Assembly: GCF_000189295.2 (NCBI RefSeq)
Contig: NC_016803.1
Span: forward strand, 1,020,001-1,052,000
Length of the DNA stretch: 32,000 bases
Source of the DNA: Pseudodesulfovibrio mercurii
GTDB taxonomy: Bacteria; Desulfobacterota; Desulfovibrionia; Desulfovibrionales; Desulfovibrionaceae
Reading direction: 5' to 3'
The notes under the pieces were generated by a model that saw only the letters and a program-made list of their open reading frames with translations, was not told where the DNA came from and ran no database searches. This document shows, piece by piece, positions 19,955 to 28,265 of this stretch. The translations under genes were made by a program, and so were the position numbers. The first letter of the stretch is position 1, and every line of letters starts with the position of its first letter.

Positions 19955-20011
19955 TATAAATTTCACAACTCATGTTGAACCCTGTATCGTAGAACTATAA
20001 AAGGAGAAGTC

Positions 20012-21967
20012 ATGAAACGACCGAAGAGAGTGTTGCTTGTTGGTATTGACGGAGCAGTACCCGGGCTTGTTGAAAAACATATTGCGGAGGGGATTTGCCC
20101 CAATTTTAAAAAGATTTTCGAAGGTGGCGTGAAGAGTTTGAATAGCCTTTGCCCCATGCCTACCATCACGCCGCCCAACTGGACGACGATCTCCACTGGC
20201 GCCTGGCCCGTTACGCACCAGATTACTGACTATTGGAGGCACATTCCCGGAACATCGCCCAATGCCGCCAACACCGAGATGAACTTCAGCGGCGAACGCA
20301 TCAAGGCTGAAACCATTTTCGAGGCGGCAGAGCGCGCCGGGAAGAAATCCATCGTCGTCAACTATCCTACCAGCTACGGCATTCATAAACGCCTGAAAAA
20401 TTCAATTGTTGTCGGCGGTTCTGGCCTGAGCGTGGGAACCATTCAAGATAACGAAACGTCGAAAAATCTTGGCGCCCCGTATGCGGGCGGACAAATTTTC
20501 TGCGACGACCTCATCGTCGGTTCTGCCTACCACCCGGGTGGTATCGTCAGCGATTTTTCACCGGCCAAAGATTGGGAAAACGTTCACGAGCTGGGTGACG
20601 ATCCGATGGAAATCGAGTTCGACCTGCCTTTCGAAAAAAGCCCCTTCAAGCCGCAAAAGCATACTTGGTATTGGCTGATCAGGGACGTCGAAGGCGACGG
20701 CTATGACACGGTCACCCTTTCTCCGTCGCGGAACTTTGATGATGCCTTCTTCACCCTCAAGCTCGGCGAGTGGAGTGACAGGGTTTTTGCCAACATCCGG
20801 CTTGAGGATGGAAGCGTCAAGGAAGTCGCCTTCCTTGGAAAAATTCTGAAATTGAATGACGATGGCACCGACTTTGATTTTTACCTTACGCAAATGCTGA
20901 ACACCGATGGCGACCTTTGGTGCTTCCCCAATAAAGCCGCAGCTTCGCTTCGCGACATCGAAGCCGTGCCTACGACAAAGGCTGGCTTCCTGCTGAGGAT
21001 GATGGGCTGGTACGATGACGAGATGTTCTCCGAACTTATTGAAATGCACAACAAGTGGCTCGGTGAAGCCCTCGTTTCGTTGATGGATAACAACGAATGG
21101 GATTTGTGCTTCTTCCATACCCACCCGACGGATTCGGTCTATCACTACATGATGACGGAGCTTGATCCGGATACGTGCAGCTCCAAGGAAGCGCACGAAC
21201 ATGCATGGGAGTTCCATCGTCGTTTGTACAGATCCACCGATGCCATGCTTGGCAAACTGATTGATTACGTGGGGGAAGACACGGCGATCATCCTTGTCTC
21301 CGACCATGGTTCAAAGGCGGACGGCGCTCCGTTTTCTCCTGTCAATGCCTTGATGGACGCTGGTCTTCTTGTGGCCGATGACACCAAGGAGCCCAACGAA
21401 GCAATCAAGCTTGCCATGAAGAATCTGAGCAAGGAAATGGCCGAAGCCATGCGCAAGAGCGCGGCGGAACCTGTCATTGAAAAGTGCAAAGCATTCCCCC
21501 AGAGGGCCTGCTATGTGTACGTCAACCTCAAGGGACGCGACCCGAACGGTATTGTTGAACCCGAAGACTACCACAAGGTCCAACGGGAAATCATTGACGC
21601 GCTTTACACCTATGTCGATCCTAAGACGGGGATTCGACCTGTCGCGTTGGCGCTCAGCAAGGAGGATGCGCTGGTCATCGGCATGGGTGGCGAACAGTGC
21701 GGTGATGTCGTCTACAGCCTCTATCCCGAGTTCGGTATGCAGCACGGCGCATTCCTCGCCACCGCCAAGTGGGGTATTGGCGATCTTCATACCATGGGTG
21801 TCTTCTACGGCCCCGGTTTCAAAAAGGGGTTCGAGATGGAGCGAGTGACACAACTTGCCGACATCGTGCCCACCATTTGTTATATGATGGGCCTGCCGTA
21901 TCCCAAGACGTGTGAAGGAGCTGTTCTTTACCAGGCTCTCGAAGAGCCCGATTCCTACACCTGCTGA
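20012..21967 (+). CDS. Cytoplasmic alkaline-phosphatase-superfamily hydrolase (type I phosphodiesterase/nucleotide pyrophosphatase, Thr-nucleophile class) with a large insertion
   Basis: 651 aa, no signal peptide. VLLVGIDGAVPG (metal Asp). CPMPTITPPNWTTISTGAWP (PSxTxPN-type nucleophile motif). HPTDSVYH (DxxxH). AIILVSDHGS. GMQHGAF. C-terminal DIVPTICYMMGLPYP. Confidence 0.82.
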   Translation: MKRPKRVLLVGIDGAVPGLVEKHIAEGICPNFKKIFEGGVKSLNSLCPMPTITPPNWTTISTGAWPVTHQITDYWRHIPGTSPNAANTEMNFSGERIKAETIFEAAERAGKKSIVVNYPTSYGIHKRLKNSIVVGGSGLSVGTIQDNETSKNLGAPYAGGQIFCDDLIVGSAYHPGGIVSDFSPAKDWENVHELGDDPMEIEFDLPFEKSPFKPQKHTWYWLIRDVEGDGYDTVTLSPSRNFDDAFFTLKLGEWSDRVFANIRLEDGSVKEVAFLGKILKLNDDGTDFDFYLTQMLNTDGDLWCFPNKAAASLRDIEAVPTTKAGFLLRMMGWYDDEMFSELIEMHNKWLGEALVSLMDNNEWDLCFFHTHPTDSVYHYMMTELDPDTCSSKEAHEHAWEFHRRLYRSTDAMLGKLIDYVGEDTAIILVSDHGSKADGAPFSPVNALMDAGLLVADDTKEPNEAIKLAMKNLSKEMAEAMRKSAAEPVIEKCKAFPQRACYVYVNLKGRDPNGIVEPEDYHKVQREIIDALYTYVDPKTGIRPVALALSKEDALVIGMGGEQCGDVVYSLYPEFGMQHGAFLATAKWGIGDLHTMGVFYGPGFKKGFEMERVTQLADIVPTICYMMGLPYPKTCEGAVLYQALEEPDSYTC

Positions 21968-21975
21968 TAAGTTTA

Positions 21976-22013
21976 GGGTTTCCGGGGGCACTCCCCCGGA
22001 AACCCCTTTTTTT
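21976..22013 (+). terminator. Strong intrinsic terminator/attenuator immediately after the hydrolase gene
   Basis: GGGTTTCCGGGGG (21976-21988), loop CACT, CCCCCGGAAACCC (21993-22005), then C plus T7 (22007-22013). It starts 9 nt after the stop and ends 33 nt before the tctC start. Confidence 0.75.
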
Positions 22014-22045
22014 AAAAAGGCAGTTGAACAAAAGGGGAAGTTACC

Positions 22046-22999
22046 ATGATCCGAAGAAAATTCTGTTTGATCACAATTTCGATTTTTGCCCTGCTCATTT
22101 CTTCATTTGGTATCGCACAGGCCGGATGGCCTGAGCGCCCAGTCAAATTTATTTTGGGGTCGCAGCCGGGGTCATCCATTGATTCAATCGGCAGAATCCT
22201 CGCAAAGCTTTTATCCGAAAAGTTTGGCCAACCTTTCGTTGCAATGAATATTACCGGAGGTGCTCTTGGAGCATTTCCCATGACAATGAAAAACAGCAAA
22301 AACGATGGATATGTCATCGGCATGGGCGCCGATATGAACTTTTCCTATACAGGATTAGAAAAAACAGCAGATTTTAACTTTGATGATTTTGATTACCTGT
22401 GCAGTATATTTAAAGGTGATTGCAGTTTTATCTGTAGCGGAACAAGGGAATGGACAAACATCAAGGACGCATTGGAAGATGTGAAGGCGCAGAGTAGACC
22501 GCTTATTTATCTTTTCCAGACATCTAAAGATCGGCTTATGATGCAGGAGTATGCAAAGCAGGTCGGAGCACAAATCAACTGTGTTCCCAGCCGCGGCCCC
22601 TCGTCCATCATCAGTTCTTTGCTGGGTGGGCACAGCGATGCCGGTTTCAGCGGCGGTGTTCATTATCCGCAGGCCAAAGCCGGAAAAATCAAGACGCTGA
22701 CCATGACTACCAGCAATCGCTCCAGCAACTATCCGGATGTGCCCACCGCGAGCGAACTGTTCGATCCTAGCTACGTTATGGACGCGTTACGCATCATCGT
22801 TGCCCCCAAAGGCTTTCCTGAGGAGGCCAGAACGGAATGCTTGAAGGCCATTTCTGAAGTCATCACAACCGATGAATTTAAAGCATTCGTCAATAACATG
22901 CATTTCGTGATCGATTATCATGAAGGCGAGGACTTGCAGAGGATATTGGACAGGCAGGTTATTGAAAACAAAAAAATGCTTGGTGACGCAGCGAAATAG
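22046..22999 (+). CDS. tctC: Tripartite tricarboxylate transporter (TTT) periplasmic substrate-binding protein, TctC/Bug family
   Basis: 317 aa. Signal peptide MIRRKFCLITISIFALLISSFGIAQA. WPERPVKFILGSQPGSSIDSIGRILAKLLSEKFGQPFVAMNITGGALG...NDGYVIG matches the TctC N-terminal signature. Confidence 0.87.
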   Translation: MIRRKFCLITISIFALLISSFGIAQAGWPERPVKFILGSQPGSSIDSIGRILAKLLSEKFGQPFVAMNITGGALGAFPMTMKNSKNDGYVIGMGADMNFSYTGLEKTADFNFDDFDYLCSIFKGDCSFICSGTREWTNIKDALEDVKAQSRPLIYLFQTSKDRLMMQEYAKQVGAQINCVPSRGPSSIISSLLGGHSDAGFSGGVHYPQAKAGKIKTLTMTTSNRSSNYPDVPTASELFDPSYVMDALRIIVAPKGFPEEARTECLKAISEVITTDEFKAFVNNMHFVIDYHEGEDLQRILDRQVIENKKMLGDAAK

Positions 23000-23067
23000 C
23001 ATCTGATCATGGGGCATTCTATGAATGCCCCATGTATGATGATTCACCGAAATACGAGGAGAGTATT

Positions 23068-23517
23068 GTGTATCGAGCAAATGTCATATCATATATTTTT
23101 TGTATAATATTCAGCTTGGTATTTTTATTGTGCTTAATACAGAGACAGTGCCCGGTATGGCCTGGATTTGGAATACCTGCAACGTACTTTCCGACATTAT
23201 TGTGTTCCGTAATATTAATATGTTCAACTGTGGCTCTTTGTAAAACAATTTTCGATAAGTACAAGTTGAAGGTTGTCGATAGTATAAAAATCGATAAGTC
23301 CCTGTTTTGGGGGCTGCTGAAGTACACTATTGCGATTACTGCCTGCATGCCTTTGATCTGTTACTTCGGATTCATCATAGGCGGCTTCATATCCATGGTA
23401 ATTTTCCAATACTTGATTGGCAGTCGGAAAATAGTCCAGATCGTATGCATTTCAATTATAACAGTATTAGTTCAGTATGCGGCCTTTTGGTATGGACTAA
23501 AAATTATACTCCCATAA
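23068..23517 (+). CDS. tctB: TTT small membrane subunit, TctB family
   Basis: Four predicted TM helices, at the expected position between tctC and tctA. I prefer GTG 23068 (RBS AGGAGAG 23057-63) to the ORF-track ATG 23032, which sits inside the hairpin at 23009-23033. Confidence 0.65.
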   Translation: MYRANVISYIFCIIFSLVFLLCLIQRQCPVWPGFGIPATYFPTLLCSVILICSTVALCKTIFDKYKLKVVDSIKIDKSLFWGLLKYTIAITACMPLICYFGFIIGGFISMVIFQYLIGSRKIVQIVCISIITVLVQYAAFWYGLKIILP

Positions 23518-23527
23518 GGACACAATA

Positions 23528-25033
23528 ATGGACGCAAGTATCTTAAATGGCATCTTTGATGCCTTTAACATCGTAAATATCAGCTATGTGTTTGTCGGCG
23601 TTGCCCTGGGGGTAATCGTCGGCGGTATTCCCGGTCTGTCAGGACCGATCGCGATCGCCATGGTCATCCCGATCACCTACTTCATGCCTGCCGTCGGAGC
23701 CATCGGCTTTTTGGTCGGCATCAACAAGGGCGGTTGTTTTGGAGGGTCCATCACGGCCATCCTGCTCAATACGCCTGGAGCACCAGAGGCAACAGCAACA
23801 ACATTCGATGGGTACCCACTGGCCCAATCCGGGAAAGCCGGTAAGGCGCTCAAAGTTTCTCTGCTTTCATCGGTGATTGGCGATCTGTTCTCCACATGCT
23901 TGGTCATTGCCATTGCCAGCCCTATCGCCTCGATCGCCTTAAAAATGGGGCCTGCTGAAATCGCGGCCATCCTGATACTCGCATTGACCATGATCGCGCT
24001 CCTGGAGAGCGAATCTTTCCTCAAAGGGATCATCGCATCCTGCTTTGGTCTGTTCTTCAGCACGGTCGGCATGGAACCTGTTGCCTCGCAAGCCCGATTC
24101 AGTTTCGGAATTTACCAGTTGGAATCCGGACTTTCTATCGGCGCCATGGCAATCGGAATGCTCGCCGCAGCCGAAATCGTCCGGCAGGCAATAGAGCTCA
24201 ACAAGGAGCAGGGCGTTAACCTTTCCTGCCTGAAAAAAGAAGACAAAAAGAATAACAACCTCAGCGTAAAAGAACTGATTTCGTTGATTCCGACCTGGCT
24301 TCGCTCCTCGCTTGTCGGCTCATTCATTGGCACCTGCCCTGGGCTGGGCTCAACAGTGGCCTGTTTCATGAGCTACGGTATCGCCAAAAAAATGGGTAAA
24401 CCCGGCGAAAAATACGGGACCGGAGAAATCAAGGGCGTAGCCGCGCCTGAAGCCGCGAACAATGCGGTTGTCGGTTCGTCACTCATCCCGCTTTTTACCT
24501 TGGGCATACCGGGGAGTGTTGCCGCATCTCTCCTTGTCGGAGCCTTCGTTATTCATGGAATCACACCTGGTCCTCTGATGTTCGAAGAACATGGCCGTGA
24601 AGTCTATTCGATTTATGGCTGCATGATTGTTGGTAATATTGCGGTTCTCATCCTTGGATATCTTGGAATCAAGATTTTTGTGAAGGTTCTTGAAGTACCC
24701 AAACAGATTCTTTACCCAATCATTCTTTTTACATGCGTTGTCGGCACGTACATTATGGAAAGTGATCCTTTTTATGCCTATGTCATGGTGTTCTTCATGA
24801 TAATCGGGTTCTTAATGAAGATTACTGAATTCCCATTCGTCTCCTTTGTCATTGGTTTTGTGCTGGGAGGCTCTCTGGAGATATCTTTACAGCAGACTCT
24901 TATCATGTCGAGCAATCACATATCTGTTCTTTTTACCAGACCTATATCCGGCTCAATAATGGCAACAACCATGATTGCCATCCTATACTCTGGATATAAG
25001 TACTTTAGGCAGATCAGGATTACCCACAACTAA
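23528..25033 (+). CDS. tctA: TTT large permease subunit, TctA family
   Basis: 501 aa and highly hydrophobic. GVIVGGIPGLSGPIAIAMVIPITY, GGSITAILLNTPGAPEA and FIGTCPGLGSTVACFMSY are typical TctA motifs. Confidence 0.9.
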   Translation: MDASILNGIFDAFNIVNISYVFVGVALGVIVGGIPGLSGPIAIAMVIPITYFMPAVGAIGFLVGINKGGCFGGSITAILLNTPGAPEATATTFDGYPLAQSGKAGKALKVSLLSSVIGDLFSTCLVIAIASPIASIALKMGPAEIAAILILALTMIALLESESFLKGIIASCFGLFFSTVGMEPVASQARFSFGIYQLESGLSIGAMAIGMLAAAEIVRQAIELNKEQGVNLSCLKKEDKKNNNLSVKELISLIPTWLRSSLVGSFIGTCPGLGSTVACFMSYGIAKKMGKPGEKYGTGEIKGVAAPEAANNAVVGSSLIPLFTLGIPGSVAASLLVGAFVIHGITPGPLMFEEHGREVYSIYGCMIVGNIAVLILGYLGIKIFVKVLEVPKQILYPIILFTCVVGTYIMESDPFYAYVMVFFMIIGFLMKITEFPFVSFVIGFVLGGSLEISLQQTLIMSSNHISVLFTRPISGSIMATTMIAILYSGYKYFRQIRITHN

Positions 25034-25047
25034 AGGTTCAAAAGGTT

Positions 25048-26340
25048 ATGAGCAATAAGAATATTAATATCCCCCTGCTTAACAGGCCACTGGTGATTCT
25101 CGGCCTGTTGTGCATAATGTACTGCTTTAGCTTCTTCCACCGGGCATGCATTGCTGTGCTGTCTGTCGATATCATGAATGATTTTGCGATGACGACAGCG
25201 AATATTGGATTAATAGGTTCCGCAACGATGCTCGGCTATGCTTTAAGCCAGGTTCCCACGGGAATATTTACAGATCGTTTTGGAGCCAGAAAAACCTTGT
25301 TTGTTTACCAGATACTTGCTGGCATTAGCGCTATTTGCTTTGCGTATTCCACGGACTGGAAGTTCGCTGTTGCCTCAAGATTTGTGCTGGGGTTGACGAT
25401 AGCCGTAAATGTCCCTGCGTTGAAACACCTTGCACTTTGGTTGCCTGCAGCATGGTATAGCAAGGCTTCAAGCATCCTTTTAACCTTCGCTACAGTCGGA
25501 ACATTTCTCGCCTCGACCCCTCTTGCTTTTGCTTCCAGCGTCTGGGGATGGAAGTTCTGCCTTGTCGCTGTCGGTGTGGCAACCATTGCCCTCGCTTTGA
25601 CCGCATTATTTGGCCTCAAGGACAGGCCGGAGAATCAGATCCTCGCATCACACGAGCCAGAACGAAAGATCAGTCTATCGGTTATCTTTTCCAAAATAGT
25701 CCGCGTCCGCAATTTCTGGCTGTTGTTTATTTGGTTTTTGATCATGGTCGGTAATTTGTATGTCCTTTTCACCATGTGGTGGGGAACCTATCTGATGCAG
25801 GGGGTAGGGTTGGACAAGAATGAGACCGGATTATGTCTGTCCATAATGGCTATTTGTTCTGCTATCGCAATGCCTCTTTTCGCAGTACTTTCCGATAATA
25901 TTCTTCATTCAAGAAAAAAGATTCTTGTTATCGGGTCTGTGGTCGCTTCACTCCTCTTATCCGGCCTGTGTTTTGGTTTCACCGGACACTCAGTACCGGC
26001 ATTGGCTTTTATTAGTGCTTGTTTGAATATTGCATTTGTCGCACCTGCTCCAATGGTCTTTACAATGGCTAAGGAGTCATTGCCGGAGGAAGTGATAGGA
26101 ACTGCATTCGGAATTCTCAATTTTGGTGCCCCTATATACGCATCAATAATTCAATGGATATTTGGTCTTGTTGTTAACAGCGGAATGGAATCCGGTAATA
26201 CAATTTTGGAATCCTATTCATCAGCTTTTATTATGATACTTGCTTTTACGATGATTGGTTTTGTTGCAACATTTTTTATGAAAGATACTTTTACTAGTGA
26301 AGAATGCTATGCGGACCTTGCCACAGAAAAAAGCCGATGA
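25048..26340 (+). CDS. MFS transporter (anion/organo-anion permease type; subfamily not resolved)
   Basis: 430 aa, ~12 TM. MFS signature GIFTDRFGARKTL between TM2 and TM3. The N-terminal FFHRACIAVLSVDIM is COG2271-like. It starts 14 nt after tctA. Confidence 0.88.
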   Translation: MSNKNINIPLLNRPLVILGLLCIMYCFSFFHRACIAVLSVDIMNDFAMTTANIGLIGSATMLGYALSQVPTGIFTDRFGARKTLFVYQILAGISAICFAYSTDWKFAVASRFVLGLTIAVNVPALKHLALWLPAAWYSKASSILLTFATVGTFLASTPLAFASSVWGWKFCLVAVGVATIALALTALFGLKDRPENQILASHEPERKISLSVIFSKIVRVRNFWLLFIWFLIMVGNLYVLFTMWWGTYLMQGVGLDKNETGLCLSIMAICSAIAMPLFAVLSDNILHSRKKILVIGSVVASLLLSGLCFGFTGHSVPALAFISACLNIAFVAPAPMVFTMAKESLPEEVIGTAFGILNFGAPIYASIIQWIFGLVVNSGMESGNTILESYSSAFIMILAFTMIGFVATFFMKDTFTSEECYADLATEKSR

Positions 26341-26581
26341 ACTTGTTTTGGAATATGTTCGAGTGCTGGCTAATGCAAAAGGATTTGGACTAAGTTTTTT
26401 AGAACCGTATGTGATTTTGTCCAAAATACAAATTACTGAAATTGGTAAAACTACTTTTGAATATGCATGGCAGAAAACCCCGCTATTTGTGCTTGAACGC
26501 AATCTCGCAGGGGGGCGCGATGTATGGACTGTAAAAACGACTAATAACATCGTTATCGATGAGTTTTGCGTAACAATCTAA
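26309..26581 (+). CDS. Small hypothetical protein (~90 aa) with no recognisable motif
   Basis: The ORF overlaps the MFS 3' end by 32 nt (44 nt from the GTG at 26297). It is on the operon strand and ends 16 nt before the next gene. No similarity recognised. Confidence 0.4.
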   Translation: MRTLPQKKADELVLEYVRVLANAKGFGLSFLEPYVILSKIQITEIGKTTFEYAWQKTPLFVLERNLAGGRDVWTVKTTNNIVIDEFCVTI

Positions 26582-26597
26582 CGGATAGGAGCAAATT

Positions 26598-27179
26598 ATG
26601 GCAACGGGAAAAACAGCTGTCCTTGTGTTTACATCTCTCAACGAAGGGATTTTCTCGGACCAAAAAACTTCTGGAATGATGAAGTTGTTTAATGAAGGCA
26701 CCGCCGCCCCGCTGACGGTAAAAAAGGATTTTCGTATCGAAACCTTATCTGGTGCCGAGTCGGGTGAAAGCGTTGTCGATGCGGCACACAAAGGCGGTTA
26801 CGTCATGGAAGAACTGTCCGACGCAACCGAATTTTATGTAGCCGATTGCGTTACGAAGGAATCTTTCGCCGAGTTGATGAAAGAGGCAACGGCGCTGGAT
26901 CCGAAAAAAACGCTTATTACGATTGTCAGTCCTTCCGCGGTGTTGTTTTCCGGGCTGGGTGTAAAAAAGAATGTGAAATTGTCGACTCCCATTCCTGCCT
27001 CAAGCATCGCCCCCACCTTGGCCCTGATCGCAGATCTGCCGCTTCCCGCCCAGGTTGCCTATCCGCCGGCATATGCAGTCCTTGATGGTCTGGATTTCAA
27101 GGCACGGGAGTTCGCCGAGATGAAACGCACGATGGATGGGCTGATGAAAAACATTGAGGAAGCGAACAGCCAAAATTGA
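26598..27179 (+). CDS. Mini AP-superfamily-like protein, paralog 1 (predicted non-catalytic)
   Basis: 193 aa, RBS GGATAGGAG. It aligns collinearly with paralog 2. It has by-eye similarity to the N-terminal strand, the DHG strand and the C-terminal 34 aa of the 651-aa hydrolase, but the catalytic residues are replaced (see findings). Confidence 0.7.
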   Translation: MATGKTAVLVFTSLNEGIFSDQKTSGMMKLFNEGTAAPLTVKKDFRIETLSGAESGESVVDAAHKGGYVMEELSDATEFYVADCVTKESFAELMKEATALDPKKTLITIVSPSAVLFSGLGVKKNVKLSTPIPASSIAPTLALIADLPLPAQVAYPPAYAVLDGLDFKAREFAEMKRTMDGLMKNIEEANSQN

Positions 27180-27257
27180 TGGCACTGCCATCCAGACAAT
27201 TGAAAGACTGACATAGGCGTATATTAACTATCAGTTTATAAGCTAGAAGGTGTAATT

Positions 27258-27860
27258 ATGATTACGGGTAAGACTGCAGTTTTGATCTTTACTACGTTAT
27301 CCGATGAGGCTCTGAAGAACAGTGACAACTCCGATATCGGCAAGCTTTTTCGCAAGGGTTCCGCTGTACCATTGAAGGCTGAAAACGATTTGCGGACAGA
27401 AGCTCTGGCCGGTTCAACGATGGGCGAAAGCATTGTCGAAACCGCCAAGGCGGCTGGCTATAAAACTGATGAACTCGGATCCGATACGGACTTGTACGTC
27501 ACCGAAGCGGAAACTGAGGAACAGTTGGCGTCGATTTTGTCTGTTGCTTATACTGTTGGCGTCAGCAACACGCTGATTATCCTCGCCAGTCCGACTTTGG
27601 CCATTTTCTATGGCCTTGGCATTCAACGAAAGGTTCAATTGAAAGAGCCGCTCAATGCAACTTGCATCGCTCCGACGATTTCCTGGATTGCCGATATTCC
27701 CTACCCGGCAGATGTTGAGGCCGCCCCTGCGTACCCCGTACTGAAGGGTTTGAACTTCAAGGCCGGCGAAATGGCAAAACTCAAGAAGTCTCTTGATGCG
27801 CTGACCTTGAACATCGAAAGAGGCAACCTCAAGCCTTGGGACAAACACGATTGCGCGTAA
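27258..27860 (+). CDS. Mini AP-superfamily-like protein, paralog 2 (predicted non-catalytic)
   Basis: 200 aa, RBS AGAAGGTG. Roughly 35-40% identity to paralog 1 over the full length without gaps (by eye). FYGLG...IAPTISWIADIPYP aligns gaplessly with FYGPG...IVPTICYMMGLPYP of the hydrolase. Confidence 0.7.
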   Translation: MITGKTAVLIFTTLSDEALKNSDNSDIGKLFRKGSAVPLKAENDLRTEALAGSTMGESIVETAKAAGYKTDELGSDTDLYVTEAETEEQLASILSVAYTVGVSNTLIILASPTLAIFYGLGIQRKVQLKEPLNATCIAPTISWIADIPYPADVEAAPAYPVLKGLNFKAGEMAKLKKSLDALTLNIERGNLKPWDKHDCA

Positions 27861-27877
27861 TGTCCGACTAGGCATTG

Positions 27878-27917
27878 TTCGATTTCTGCGGGGAATTAAA
27901 TTTCCGCAGGAATCGAA
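27878..27917 (+). other. Long RNA stem-loop between mini-AP paralog 2 and the DsrH-like gene
   Basis: TTCGATTTCTGCGG (27878-27891) pairs with CCGCAGGAATCGAA (27904-27917): 14 bp with one G-U, and a 12-nt loop. No T-tract follows. Confidence 0.45.
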
Positions 27918-27963
27918 CCATCCTTGATTCTTAGACGCTAAATTCCGGCAAGGAGAACTCGTA

Positions 27964-28245
27964 ATGCTCTTTTTCTTAAACAAAACTGGTAAACTAAATG
28001 TAGACCTTATTGGTATGATTTCTGGTGGAGAAGAATCGAGTCTTCTCCTTGTCGGAGACGCGGTGACCCTGGGCACTCCGACGGGACAGGAACTCTTGTC
28101 CGATTTCGAATTCGAAGACGTATTCGTACATCGCGATGCCGTCGAGGCAAGGAACATTTCCCTGTCTGAACGGTGCGTGCCCGTTACGTATTCTGACATG
28201 GTCGACATCTTGATGAACCATGATGGTCAGATCGTTTCTTTGTAG
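27964..28245 (+). CDS. DsrH/TusB-like small protein
   Basis: 93 aa, RBS AAGGAG. LLLVGDAVTL, then VFVHRDAVEARNI and VTYSDMVDILMNHDGQIVSL, match the DsrH/TusB pattern (LLL.DGV...DL.ARG...idy..fV.L......v.sW). Confidence 0.65.
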   Translation: MLFFLNKTGKLNVDLIGMISGGEESSLLLVGDAVTLGTPTGQELLSDFEFEDVFVHRDAVEARNISLSERCVPVTYSDMVDILMNHDGQIVSL

Positions 28246-28265
28246 CAACCGACGACGAGGAAATC

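Noticed and set aside
27178-27192. GATGGCAC-TGCCATC palindrome overlapping the stop codon of mini-AP paralog 1. It contains TGGCAC and could be mistaken for a second sigma-54 -24 element.
   Set aside because: The sequence at the -12 position is TCCA, with no GC dinucleotide at the required spacing. As RNA it cannot form a hairpin because the loop would be 1 nt. It might be a protein-binding site, but I have no support for that.
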